From Candidatus Omnitrophota bacterium (GTDB lineage: Bacteria > Omnitrophota > Gorgyraeia > Zapsychrales > Zapsychraceae): a stretch of DNA of 64,000 nucleotides. The position numbers and the translations under genes are program-made. A model generated the notes under the pieces. That model was not told the DNA's origin. It worked only from the letters and a program-made list of their open reading frames with translations, and ran no database searches. Shown one piece after another: positions 46,880 to 56,333 of the stretch. The stretch spans positions 9,869 through 73,868 of the forward strand of contig JADFYE010000010.1 of NCBI GenBank assembly GCA_015233195.1, given 5' to 3'. How positions within the stretch are numbered: position 1 is the first letter of the stretch; each line of letters begins with the position of its first letter.

Positions 46880-48582
46880 TTATAAATTTCTTTCAAAGGT
46901 TTTAAAACAAAATCTCTTTCATTCATCCTCGGATGCGGGATCGTTAATTCTTCAGATTCAATTTGTATATTGTCGTACAAAAGTATATCAATGTCAATGG
47001 TTCGCGGACCATTAACAATAGTACGTTCCCGCCCCAGATCATGCTCAACTGAATGAATTAGATTTAATAATTCATAAGGGGAAAGTTTTGTTTCAACTTT
47101 TGCTGCGGCATTAATATACTTCGGCTGCGACGGACCGCCGACCGGATCAGTTTCGATCAAAGAAGATTGTCGCACAATATGTACTCCGGATCGCTCAAGC
47201 AAAACAATGGCATCTTTAATATTCTTATGCCGATCACCTAAATTCGAACCAAAACCAAGATAAACGATACTCATATTTTGTTTAAACCACACTACACTAT
47301 TCCACTTCCGGCATTTTTCCAATGAATACTGCCATGACGGAAAAAAACGGGTTACTGATCTAAATGCGCCATGCTTTTTTATCCACTCTGCGTACTCAAC
47401 ATATTCAGGATAATTTGATAAATGATTCTCTTCCGTCCTAGCTCGAACATAATAAATCAATGATATTACGCCTAATGCCATGCAATATTTAAACGCGACC
47501 AAGGATCCATGTATTGAAAAGAACGGTAAATATATCAACCACCAGCTTGATACTTTACAAATATATGCAGGATGTTTCGTGTAACGATACGGACCATCTG
47601 TAATTATCCCCCGATAAGTTAAATTCGACATCCGATAACCTAAGGCGACTGTGGCAAAACCATACACCATAGATAAAATAATTATGGTCCCGCCAATAAA
47701 ATAATATGACCATGGAGAAAGACTCAACCAATGCATCCAATAAAACCCGTCACTATAAACCAAATAATTATCTATAATTGTAAAAGGATAATAACACGCC
47801 AGACAGGATAACCAACCCCAAAAATGCGGTTCAGTAGAGCGGATATGTGTATCCATTATCCGGCACGTAAAAATATAACCCAAAGACCCATAAATCAAAT
47901 CTAAAGTATAAGAAATCAGTACCAAGAAAAAATAAACCGACAAAAATAGTTTTGGCTGAGCTTGCCATTTAAATGCCAAAAGCTCCTCTATATTACCGGC
48001 TAAAGCCCCAATCATAATCGGAGTAAAAAAAGCTTTTATAAACCAAACAGCAAAGTGCTCTCTAAGCATTATCCAATTTACATTCTTGAATTTTCCGAGT
48101 AGCAGTCTACCCATCTGCCAGTATCCATCACGGGGTTCAACTTGCCTGCGGTCGATTATAGGGAAATATACTAAACAAATAATAACCAAAAACGGTCCGG
48201 CAATTTTTAATAGATCAAAAAATGGGATATAAAAAGATTTACGAAAAAACGGCAGGTACCAATATAAAACAAGGATAATTGTAAAAGTTCCAAATAAACC
48301 TAACAACTTTGTTAATACTCGTGATATATCTACGGCATTTAATTTATCCGCAAGACCAGTTGATTCTCTTCGGTGTACTTTTAAAACCAGAATTTCATAA
48401 ACTACTAAAGGAAAAAGTACAGCCAATAAACTAAATGACATTAACCAAACAGATTTTAAATTTGGGAAAAAGTAGTGCAAAAAATAAATTGCAGCAAAGA
48501 AGAATCCCAAAGCAAAAAAATTCGCCCAATAACTTGAGCTAGATCGAGGAAGATGAGCATCTTGTCCTGATATATTTGGCAT
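46876..48582 (-). CDS. folK: fusion: polytopic ICMT/PEMT-like methyltransferase + HPPK
   Basis: N-terminal ~420 aa is multi-TM with 'GPYRYTKHPAYI' and 'RTEENHL..YPEY.EY'. C-terminal ~155 aa has 'YLGFGSNLGD', 'RTIDIDILLY' and 'IPHPRM.ERDFVL.PL'. No in-frame stop between the parts. Confidence 0.8.
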   Translation of the reverse strand: MPNISGQDAHLPRSSSSYWANFFALGFFFAAIYFLHYFFPNLKSVWLMSFSLLAVLFPLVVYEILVLKVHRRESTGLADKLNAVDISRVLTKLLGLFGTFTIILVLYWYLPFFRKSFYIPFFDLLKIAGPFLVIICLVYFPIIDRRQVEPRDGYWQMGRLLLGKFKNVNWIMLREHFAVWFIKAFFTPIMIGALAGNIEELLAFKWQAQPKLFLSVYFFLVLISYTLDLIYGSLGYIFTCRIMDTHIRSTEPHFWGWLSCLACYYPFTIIDNYLVYSDGFYWMHWLSLSPWSYYFIGGTIIILSMVYGFATVALGYRMSNLTYRGIITDGPYRYTKHPAYICKVSSWWLIYLPFFSIHGSLVAFKYCMALGVISLIYYVRARTEENHLSNYPEYVEYAEWIKKHGAFRSVTRFFPSWQYSLEKCRKWNSVVWFKQNMSIVYLGFGSNLGDRHKNIKDAIVLLERSGVHIVRQSSLIETDPVGGPSQPKYINAAAKVETKLSPYELLNLIHSVEHDLGRERTIVNGPRTIDIDILLYDNIQIESEELTIPHPRMNERDFVLKPLKEIYK

Positions 48583-48586
48583 TTTT

Positions 48587-48618
48587 TATTTGGGCACAAA
48601 TTATTGTGCCCCTACGAA
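48587..48618. repeat. GGGCAC hairpin repeat, copy 3
   Basis: gggcacaa-atta-ttgtgccc at 48592-48611. It carries a compensated G-C to A-T change relative to copies 1 and 2. Confidence 0.85.
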
Positions 48619-48638
48619 TAACTATATTCTTTTACAAT

Positions 48639-49799
48639 CTATAAGATTTTCTGTATCCGATGCACTGCTTCAGTAATCCGATCAGTCGATACTGTTAAAG
48701 CCATGCGAATATAACCTTCACCAAATTCTCCAAATCCAACACCCGGCGTCATTACAATATTAGCTTGATCTAAAAATGCTTTAGCAGCAGTCATAGAATC
48801 AGAAAATTTTTCAGGAATTTTTGCCCAAACATAAAACGCGGCTTTTGGCGGCTGAATCTTCCACCCGATCGCGCGTAACCCGTTTATCAAAGCGTCACGT
48901 CTGGTCTGAAATATTTCACGCATATCTTCTGTAACTTCAGGACCGCTTTGCAACGCGGCAATACCAGCGACCTGAATTGCCTGAAAAATACCTGAATCAA
49001 AATTACTTTTTACTTTCGCTAGCGCAGCTACCAAAGTCGGATTGCCGCACGCCCAGCCAATACGCCAGCCAGTCATGCAATAAGTTTTTGACAAAGAATG
49101 GAATTCAATCGCCACATCTTTTGCCCCATCAATTTCAAAAATACTTAACGGTTTTTCACCGTCATAATAAACTTCTGAATACGCCATGTCAGATACCAGA
49201 ATAAATCCTTTTTCTTTCGCAAGCGCGACCAACTGCGTATAAAACTCACGCGTTGCAACAGCGGCTGTCGGATTATTTGGATAATTAATATACATGGCTT
49301 TTAAATGTTTTAATTCCGCGACTTGTGTTAAATTCGGAAGAAAATCATTGCCAGGCTTCATCGGCACATAAATAATTCTCCCTCCCGCAAATTCAACTGA
49401 TGGACGATATGCCGGATAACAAGGATTAGTTAAGACCACTTTGTCGCCTGGATTAATTATACCTAAAGGTAAATGTGCCAAACCTTCTTTAGAACCAATT
49501 AACGGATAAATTTCAGCATCCGGATCTAAAGCCACATTGAATCTATTTTGAAACCATTTAGCAATTTCTTTTCGTAATTCAGGTAAACCAGCGTCGAAAG
49601 CGTAGTGATGGTTATTCGGATCAGCCACTGCTTTTTGCATAGCTTTAATAATGTGTTCCGGCGTAGCTATATCCGGGTCGCCAATACCTAAATTTATAAT
49701 ATCCCGACCTTCGGCAATGGCAGCACGTTTTGCTTTGTCAATCTCAACGAATAAATACGGAGGTAAAACTTTCAATCGTTCTGCAAATTCAATATTCAT
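48639..49799 (-). CDS. dapL: LL-diaminopimelate aminotransferase-type class I aminotransferase
   Basis: 'LPPYLFVEIDKAK', 'INLGIGDPD..TP' and 'SLSKTY.MTGWRIG'. Flanked by dapB, dapA, dapF and lysA. Confidence 0.75.
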   Translation of the reverse strand: MNIEFAERLKVLPPYLFVEIDKAKRAAIAEGRDIINLGIGDPDIATPEHIIKAMQKAVADPNNHHYAFDAGLPELRKEIAKWFQNRFNVALDPDAEIYPLIGSKEGLAHLPLGIINPGDKVVLTNPCYPAYRPSVEFAGGRIIYVPMKPGNDFLPNLTQVAELKHLKAMYINYPNNPTAAVATREFYTQLVALAKEKGFILVSDMAYSEVYYDGEKPLSIFEIDGAKDVAIEFHSLSKTYCMTGWRIGWACGNPTLVAALAKVKSNFDSGIFQAIQVAGIAALQSGPEVTEDMREIFQTRRDALINGLRAIGWKIQPPKAAFYVWAKIPEKFSDSMTAAKAFLDQANIVMTPGVGFGEFGEGYIRMALTVSTDRITEAVHRIQKIL

Positions 49800-49813
49800 T
49801 TTTTATATTCTTT

Positions 49814-50536
49814 CTATTCTAATCCCAACACTTGTTTCATTGTAAACAGCCCGTTTTTCTTATCCATGACAAATTTAGCTGCAGCCAGACCGCCTTTCGC
49901 GAACATGCCGCGGTTTTTCGCGTTATGGATCAGCGTCAATGTATCTTCCGGAGTCTCAAACGTGATCTTATGATATCCGACGACTTCGCCTTCACGAATT
50001 GATTCAACTGGCTTGACTTTTAAATTAGAAAATTTCTCCGCGATTTGAAGCATGGTCTTAGCCGTCCCTGACGGCGCGTCTTTTTTATGGATATGATGCG
50101 TTTCTGTAATCTTGATGTCATCAATTCCGACTAGCATTTTCGATGCCAACTCAATCATCTTGAATAAAACATTAACGCCGATTGACATGTTCGAAGAAAA
50201 TACGATCGGGATTTTTTTAGACGCTGATTCGATTTTTTTTACCTGCTCCTCATTTAATCCTGTTGTTCCAATGACCATGCGCACCCCGTATTTCAAACAT
50301 ACTTCTAAATTCTGCATCGTAGCCTCAGGAGATGTGAATTCGATCAGTACGTCGCAACCCTTCAACGCATTGTTATCCGCCGAAGGCATAACACCGCAGA
50401 CACTTTCTTTGATCTTGGGATGCGTCGCAATTTCAAAAAGCGTTTTGATATGGAACCTTGGATCTTTTTTTGCTGAATCACAAATCGCCTGACCCACCCG
50501 ACCGTGACACCCGCTAATTGCTAATTTAATGCTCAT
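49814..50536 (-). CDS. dapB: 4-hydroxy-tetrahydrodipicolinate reductase
   Basis: 'KLAISGCHGRVG', 'VIGTTG' and 'E.HH..K.DAPSGTA'. The track start 50566 lies in the repeat. ATG 50536 is preferred. Confidence 0.93.
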   Translation of the reverse strand: MSIKLAISGCHGRVGQAICDSAKKDPRFHIKTLFEIATHPKIKESVCGVMPSADNNALKGCDVLIEFTSPEATMQNLEVCLKYGVRMVIGTTGLNEEQVKKIESASKKIPIVFSSNMSIGVNVLFKMIELASKMLVGIDDIKITETHHIHKKDAPSGTAKTMLQIAEKFSNLKVKPVESIREGEVVGYHKITFETPEDTLTLIHNAKNRGMFAKGGLAAAKFVMDKKNGLFTMKQVLGLE

Positions 50537-50542
50537 AAAATT

Positions 50543-50575
50543 CCCCTCACCTAACCTCTCCCACAAAGGGAGAGG
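50543..50575. repeat. 38-nt CU/GA hairpin repeat (shorter variant)
   Basis: cccctcacctaacctctcccacaaagggagagg. Its minus-strand GAGGGG lies 6 nt before the dapB ATG. Confidence 0.85.
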
Positions 50576-50622
50576 AAAATTAATCTATCTTTATTTTAAA
50601 ATTCGTAAACGACATTGTACGA

Positions 50623-50791
50623 ACAAATTTTTTAAATAAAAGTCGAAGGTATTTAAGCGGACATTGGTAATTCGAGCGGGCACGGTTCGTACGCCAAAAG
50701 CGTACGAGAGCGAGAATTACCGCGAGCGTAGTTTAACACGCTGGGTTAAACAAGCGTTCCGCGAAATACCGAAGACTTTTAAAAAAATTTG
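50623..50791. repeat. ~170-nt branched-hairpin intergenic element, copy 3
   Basis: P1 aaaagtc/gactttt. P4 ggtaattc/gaattacc, a double compensatory change relative to copies 1 and 2. Tip hairpins tcgtacgc/gcgtacga and gtttaac/gttaaac. Confidence 0.85.
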
Positions 50792-50846
50792 CCCATCCGA
50801 CATCTATCCTCCCAAGGACACATGAATTTTAAACTATTCATATACC

Positions 50847-51725
50847 CTATTTAATCAATCCATAATTTATTAGCGCCTGACGAAGCTTCTCTTTATTATC
50901 CGCCCCCATCTCGCACAACGGCAGACGCACTTCATCCGAACACAATCCCATCATACCCATCGCAGTTTTGACAGGTACTGGATTAGTTTCAATAAACATG
51001 GCTTTTACCAACGGTAGCATTTTGTAATGCAGTTTCTTCGCGCTGGCAAAATCCCCTTTTTCAAAACACTGGACCATCTTCGCAGTATCTGACGGAATAA
51101 TATTTGCGACCACAGAAATTATACCTGTACCGCCAATAGACATAAGCGGTAAAGTTAAAACATCATCGCCTGATAAAAGATCAAATTTATCGCCGCAAGC
51201 CGCTTTTACGTCCATCATCTGACTCAAAGAGCCTGATGCCTCTTTTACGCCTACGATATTCTTACAATCTTTAGCTAAACGCGCTAAAGTTGAAGTTTCA
51301 ATATTAACTGCAGTACGTCCAGCAATATTATAAACAATAATTGGTATCTTAACCGTATCAGCTATCTTTTTAAAATGACGGTATAACCCTTCCTGCGTCG
51401 GACGATTATAATACGGACTTACGATCAATGCCGCGTCAGCGCCTGACTCTTTTGCGTGCTGAGTCAATTCAATGGCTTCAGCTGTAGAATTAGATCCTGT
51501 TCCAGCAATAACCGGTACTTTGCCTTTAGCTTCTTCAATACATATCTCAATCACCCGGTAATGTTCTTTATATGACAACGTCGGAGATTCGCCAGTAGTA
51601 CCACACGGAACAATACCATCAGTCCCTTGTTTAATATGCCATTGCACTAATTTGCGTAATGTCTTTTCGTCCACCTGATCATTTTGAAAAGGTGTGGCAA
51701 CAGCAACAATTGAACCTCTAAACAT
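50847..51725 (-). CDS. dapA: 4-hydroxy-tetrahydrodipicolinate synthase
   Basis: 'MFRGSIVAVATPF', 'GTTGESPTL' and 'YN.P.RT'. The internal ATG at 51725 is preferred over the track start 51743. Confidence 0.94.
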   Translation of the reverse strand: MFRGSIVAVATPFQNDQVDEKTLRKLVQWHIKQGTDGIVPCGTTGESPTLSYKEHYRVIEICIEEAKGKVPVIAGTGSNSTAEAIELTQHAKESGADAALIVSPYYNRPTQEGLYRHFKKIADTVKIPIIVYNIAGRTAVNIETSTLARLAKDCKNIVGVKEASGSLSQMMDVKAACGDKFDLLSGDDVLTLPLMSIGGTGIISVVANIIPSDTAKMVQCFEKGDFASAKKLHYKMLPLVKAMFIETNPVPVKTAMGMMGLCSDEVRLPLCEMGADNKEKLRQALINYGLIK

Positions 51726-52542
51726 ACAATTCTCCTTTAGCAATAAATTTTGCGTTTCCCTTTAGCCAAACATTATTAATAACACCGTTATTAATGTCAA
51801 ACCTTACTTCTAAAATATCACCACTTAAAGTTTGTACTTTCATTAAAGCAGCTTTTTTATCTTTTATATACGGGTGTGTTTTTAAATATGTCACAATAGC
51901 TGCAGCTACACTCCCGGTACCGCAAGCTTTGGTCTCAGCTTCAACCCCTCGCTCATAAGTACGGTTACGCACTAAAACATCATTAACCTGCTCGACAAAA
52001 TTAACGTTTGTTCCTTTAGGTTTAAACTGGTCGTGAAAACGTATTGCTTTGCCAATCTGATCAACATTTATCTGGTCGAGATCTTGCACAAATATAATCA
52101 CATGCGGAACCCCGGTATTTAAAAAGTTTACTTTCATAACCTTAGTATTAACCTTTATTGGAATATCCGGTAAATATCCGCTCGGAGCGCTTAACCGCAC
52201 ATTAGCAGTTTCCCCTTTTGCTTCACATAATATCTGTCCAGCTAAAGTCTCGAGGGTAAACTGTTCTTTTTTAGGTTTACGGGTTTCTTTAATATACACT
52301 GCCATACAACGCGCTCCATTGCCGCACATTTCCGCTTCTGACCCGTCGGCATTTATAATGCGCATCTTATAATCTGCCTTCTTGGATTTCTCACATACTA
52401 AAATCCCGTCAGCACCCAACCCAGTTGAGCGGTCACACGCAATCTTAGCAAAAGTCTTTACATTCAATCCCGTAACCGGTTCAATAACAATAAAATCATT
52501 TCCCGTTCCAGCCATCTTAGTAAAATTAATTTTCTTTTTCAT
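51718..52542 (-). CDS. dapF: diaminopimelate epimerase
   Basis: 'KM.GTGNDFIVI', 'MCGNGARC' and 'ACGTG' catalytic Cys motifs. Confidence 0.94.
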   Translation of the reverse strand: MKKKINFTKMAGTGNDFIVIEPVTGLNVKTFAKIACDRSTGLGADGILVCEKSKKADYKMRIINADGSEAEMCGNGARCMAVYIKETRKPKKEQFTLETLAGQILCEAKGETANVRLSAPSGYLPDIPIKVNTKVMKVNFLNTGVPHVIIFVQDLDQINVDQIGKAIRFHDQFKPKGTNVNFVEQVNDVLVRNRTYERGVEAETKACGTGSVAAAIVTYLKTHPYIKDKKAALMKVQTLSGDILEVRFDINNGVINNVWLKGNAKFIAKGELYV

Positions 52543-53783
52543 ACTCTCTGTCCTTTAATTAGATCCTTAAACGTTTCTCGCTCCCGAACCACAAAATATT
52601 TATTCCCCTTTACCAAAACTTCAACCGCACGAGTACGGGAATTATAATTACTCGACATAACGTGACCATAAGCACCCGCGCTCATTATAGCTAAAAAATC
52701 GCCTTTCTTTAATGAAACATTTACCTGCCGGTCTTTGGCAAAATAATCGCCGCTTTCGCAGATCGGACCAACTATATCCATTTTTTCTTTTCTGCCAGTC
52801 AGTTTACGCAGCGGAACTATCTCATGATATGCATCATACATCGACGGTCTTACCAAATCATTCATGCCGCTGTCAACGATCAAAAACTTTTTCACCCCAT
52901 TATCTTTGAGATATAAAATTTTTGTGGCTAATATGCCAGAATTACCGCAAATAAATCTTCCTGGTTCCATGATTATTTTTAAACCGGTTTTCTTTAATAT
53001 CGGTATGATCGCTTTAGCAAAATCCTTAACGCAAAAAGGATCCTCTTGGTTATACACAATACCAAACCCTCCGCCAATATCAAAATATTCAAGCCCAATT
53101 CCATCGACTTTTAACTCGTCAATAAACGCCGCCACTTTTTTAATCGCACTTATAAACGGATTTTTAGATGTGATCTGTGAACCAATATGCATATGCACAC
53201 CGCAAATATCCACATATTTGTATTTTTTACGATTTTTAAGAATCTTATGCGCAGTCAAAAGATCAATGCCGAATTTTTTTTGCAAAGTTCCAGTCGTAAT
53301 CCGGTCATGGGTCGCAGCTTTAACATCCGGATTAATCCGTAAAGCCGCCTTAGTCTTTTTACCCAACTTTTTTGCAATGCGCTCGATCTCTTCCAATTCT
53401 GGTAAAGATTCAACATTAAACAACAATATACCAGCTTTTAAAGACGCCTTGATCTCTTCTTCGGTTTTTCCGACTGACGCATACACAATTTTTTTAGGAT
53501 CAGTCTTAACTGCCAAAGCTTTATATAATTCTCCGCCTGAAACAATATCACAGCCAGCGCCTTGATCGACCAGAGATTTAACTACTGCCAAATTATCATT
53601 GGCTTTCATGGCAAAACAGATCAATGGTTTAATCTCTGCAAATGCTTCCTTTAATTTCATAAATTGGCTCAACAACGATTTATAACTGTAAATGTAGCTT
53701 GGCGTGCCAACAGCTTTTACAATAGAGCTGACTTTAACATTTTCACAATATAACTCGTTAGAACGATAATTAAATTCTGACAT
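52539..53783 (-). CDS. lysA: diaminopimelate decarboxylase
   Basis: 'FAMKAN', 'HMHIGSQ', 'DIGGGFG', 'EPGR' and 'CESGD'. Confidence 0.94.
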   Translation of the reverse strand: MSEFNYRSNELYCENVKVSSIVKAVGTPSYIYSYKSLLSQFMKLKEAFAEIKPLICFAMKANDNLAVVKSLVDQGAGCDIVSGGELYKALAVKTDPKKIVYASVGKTEEEIKASLKAGILLFNVESLPELEEIERIAKKLGKKTKAALRINPDVKAATHDRITTGTLQKKFGIDLLTAHKILKNRKKYKYVDICGVHMHIGSQITSKNPFISAIKKVAAFIDELKVDGIGLEYFDIGGGFGIVYNQEDPFCVKDFAKAIIPILKKTGLKIIMEPGRFICGNSGILATKILYLKDNGVKKFLIVDSGMNDLVRPSMYDAYHEIVPLRKLTGRKEKMDIVGPICESGDYFAKDRQVNVSLKKGDFLAIMSAGAYGHVMSSNYNSRTRAVEVLVKGNKYFVVRERETFKDLIKGQRV

Positions 53784-55152
53784 TTAGCGATTTCTTCCAT
53801 TTATTGATCTGTTTTTTGACCAGATCAGGGTTGGTGGAACCAAATGACTTTTTATTCTTAACTGATACTTGCGGATCTAAAAGTTTTTTAACGTCTATCT
53901 CGAATTTAAGAGAATATTTTTTTAGATCAGACTTAGAAAAATTTTTTATACTGTTTCCTTTATCCAGACATTCTTTAACCATCTTACCGACAATATCATG
54001 TGCTTCCCGATAAGAAACGCCTTTCTTGATCAAATAATCCATTATATCAACTGTAAAAAATGACTCATTATTAATTTTCGCCTTAATAACATCCTTATTA
54101 ACCTTTAACGTATTGAACAAAGCCGTAAAAAGTCCGAGCATATCGCCCACTTTTTCCACAGATTCAAACAAAGGCGGTTTGTCCAATTGCAAATCCCGGT
54201 TATACGTCAACGGTAATGCTTTGGTTAAAATCAATAATTTGTTCAAATTCGCATATAAGGTCGCAGTCTCACCTCGGACCAATTCCATAATATCCGGATT
54301 CTTTTTATGCGGCATAATAGACGAGCCGGTACACAGCGACCAATCAATATTCACAAAATTAAATTCCTGCGTCGACCATATTATCATATCTTCGGCTATT
54401 CGAGAAAAATGCATCCCTAAAATAGCCAGAGCAGATAATGCTTCAATAATAAAATCCCGGTCGCTGACAGAATCAATACTGTTAGCTGTAACTTTTGGAA
54501 AACCTAATTGTTCAGCTACCATTTCCCGTTTGATCGGTAATGATGTGCCAGATAAAGCACAGCTTCCCAAAGGCATAGTATCCATCCGGCTTAACGCGTC
54601 GAATAACCGACTTTTATCCCGTTCTAACATTTCAACGTATGCTAATAATTGATGCGCCAATAAAACTACCTGTGCTGATTGCAGATGTGTGTACGCAGGA
54701 ATTATCACGTCAATATTCTTATCCGCAAACTGCACTATCGCTTTCTGAACCTGGGCGATCTTATTTACAATCATGGTCAACTCATATAAACAATACAATT
54801 TCATATCCAAGACGATCAAATCATTCCGCGACCGGGCAGTATGTAATTTATCAGCCGAAGTTCCAATTAATTTTTTTAGTTCCGTTTGAATATTGGAATG
54901 AATGTCCTCTTCTTTGAAATCAAATTTAAAAGTTCCCTGCTCGATTTTTTTACCGATCTTAGCTAATCCAGTCGCAATCTTCTTTGATTCAGCCTGAGAA
55001 ATTATACCGCATTGCCCAAGCATAGTCGCATGAGCAATGCTGCCCATCACGTCGTACAAAGCCAGTTTGTGATCGTAAGCAATACTGAAACTAAACTTAT
55101 CCGCCAAAGCGGAAGTTCCTTTTTCAAATCTGCTACCCCAAAATTTAGACAT
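53770..55152 (-). CDS. argH: argininosuccinate lyase
   Basis: 'WGSRF', 'TARSRND', 'YTHLQ.AQ' and 'GSSIMPHKKNPD'. Confidence 0.95.
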   Translation of the reverse strand: MSKFWGSRFEKGTSALADKFSFSIAYDHKLALYDVMGSIAHATMLGQCGIISQAESKKIATGLAKIGKKIEQGTFKFDFKEEDIHSNIQTELKKLIGTSADKLHTARSRNDLIVLDMKLYCLYELTMIVNKIAQVQKAIVQFADKNIDVIIPAYTHLQSAQVVLLAHQLLAYVEMLERDKSRLFDALSRMDTMPLGSCALSGTSLPIKREMVAEQLGFPKVTANSIDSVSDRDFIIEALSALAILGMHFSRIAEDMIIWSTQEFNFVNIDWSLCTGSSIMPHKKNPDIMELVRGETATLYANLNKLLILTKALPLTYNRDLQLDKPPLFESVEKVGDMLGLFTALFNTLKVNKDVIKAKINNESFFTVDIMDYLIKKGVSYREAHDIVGKMVKECLDKGNSIKNFSKSDLKKYSLKFEIDVKKLLDPQVSVKNKKSFGSTNPDLVKKQINKWKKSLNVRI

Positions 55153-55160
55153 ACGACTCC

Positions 55161-56330
55161 TTATTTTTTAAATGGAGTTGTCCACAATTTAATAAAACCT
55201 TCAGCTAAAGACTGATCAAATTTATCACCTTTACCATAGGTCGCTAATTTGTGACTATAGCGTGAATGCGGCGACTTACGTCCGACCACATCACAATTAC
55301 CTTTGAACAAACGCAGCCGAACCACGCCGCTGGTATGCTCATGCACTTTATTAAAAAACGCATCTAACTGCTCTTTCAACGGTATCCACCAAAGACCGTT
55401 ATAAATTAATTCAGAATATTTTTGCGACAACGCGGTTTTAAATTTCATTGTTTCTCTATCAAGCACCAAACTTTCCAAATCATTTAACGCCTTAAACAAC
55501 ATAGTGCCTGCCGGATTTTCATAAACCTCTCGCGATTTAATCCCGACCAGACGATTCTCAATCATATCTACCCGCCCAACGCCATGTTTCCCGCCTAATT
55601 TGTTCAAAGTCTCAATCAATTTCACTGGTTCATAAGCTTCCCCATTTACTTTTTTAGGGAGACCTTTTACAAACTCGATCTCAACGTATTCAGCTTTTGC
55701 CGGAGCTTTTTGAGGCGACACAGTTAAAGTGAATACATCTTCAGGCGGCTCAACCCACGGATCTTCGAGCACACCGCATTCAATCGCTTTACCATAAACA
55801 TTCGTATCAATGCTGTACGGCTTTTTCTTGGTCACATTAATTACAAAACCTTTAGACTTCAAATAATCAATTTCCTCGTCGCGGGTCTTAAATTCCCAAC
55901 CGCGTACCGGAGCAATAACTTCAATATCCGGATCTGTCAGACGATAAGTTACTTCAAACCGTACCTGATCATTGCCTTTTCCAGTACAACCATGCGCGAC
56001 TGCAGTAGCGCCTTCTTTTTTCGCAATCAGCATTTGATGTTTTGCAATAACTGGACGTGATAAAGCGCAGGCTAAAATATATTTTCCTTCATAAAGCGCG
56101 CCCGCCTTTATAGACGGAAAAACATATTCCTCAATAAATTCTTTTTGAAGGTTCAAACAATATACTTTACTTGCACCCAATTTCAATGCCCTGCTTTTTA
56201 CCTCTTCAAAATCATCACCCTGACCAACATCACCGACCACAGCAATAACATCATATTGGCGTTCTTTTAACCAAGCAATAATACAGCTGGTATCCAACCC
56301 GCCCGAATAAGCCAAAACAACTTTTTTCAT
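55161..56330 (-). CDS. argG: argininosuccinate synthase
   Basis: 'VLAYSGGLDTS', 'AHGCTGKGNDQVRFE' and 'D.N..G...E'. Confidence 0.95.
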   Translation of the reverse strand: MKKVVLAYSGGLDTSCIIAWLKERQYDVIAVVGDVGQGDDFEEVKSRALKLGASKVYCLNLQKEFIEEYVFPSIKAGALYEGKYILACALSRPVIAKHQMLIAKKEGATAVAHGCTGKGNDQVRFEVTYRLTDPDIEVIAPVRGWEFKTRDEEIDYLKSKGFVINVTKKKPYSIDTNVYGKAIECGVLEDPWVEPPEDVFTLTVSPQKAPAKAEYVEIEFVKGLPKKVNGEAYEPVKLIETLNKLGGKHGVGRVDMIENRLVGIKSREVYENPAGTMLFKALNDLESLVLDRETMKFKTALSQKYSELIYNGLWWIPLKEQLDAFFNKVHEHTSGVVRLRLFKGNCDVVGRKSPHSRYSHKLATYGKGDKFDQSLAEGFIKLWTTPFKK

Positions 56331-56333
56331 ATT

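Noticed and set aside
47283-47290. Treating 46876..48582 as two separate genes (membrane methyltransferase and folK).
   Set aside because: There is no stop codon in frame between the two parts, so they cannot be separated on sequence grounds. Independent initiation of FolK at the internal ATG remains possible and is noted in the finding.
50690-50715. 'ggttcgtac' and similar strings as tRNA T-arm remnants or tRNA genes.
   Set aside because: No acceptor, D or anticodon arm arrangement can be drawn around them. They are the tip hairpin of the repeat element. I found no convincing tRNA or rRNA anywhere in the window.
52864-53565. 233-aa plus-strand ORF, the longest of many antisense ORFs. Others include 54113..54652, 59687..60160, 50112..50492 and 8944..9339.
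   Set aside because: It lies entirely inside lysA, which has clear conserved motifs on the opposite strand. It has a low-complexity, Ser/Pro/Ile-rich composition typical of shadow frames in AT-rich DNA. It has no SD and no recognisable domain. The same reasoning applies to the other antisense ORFs in the track.
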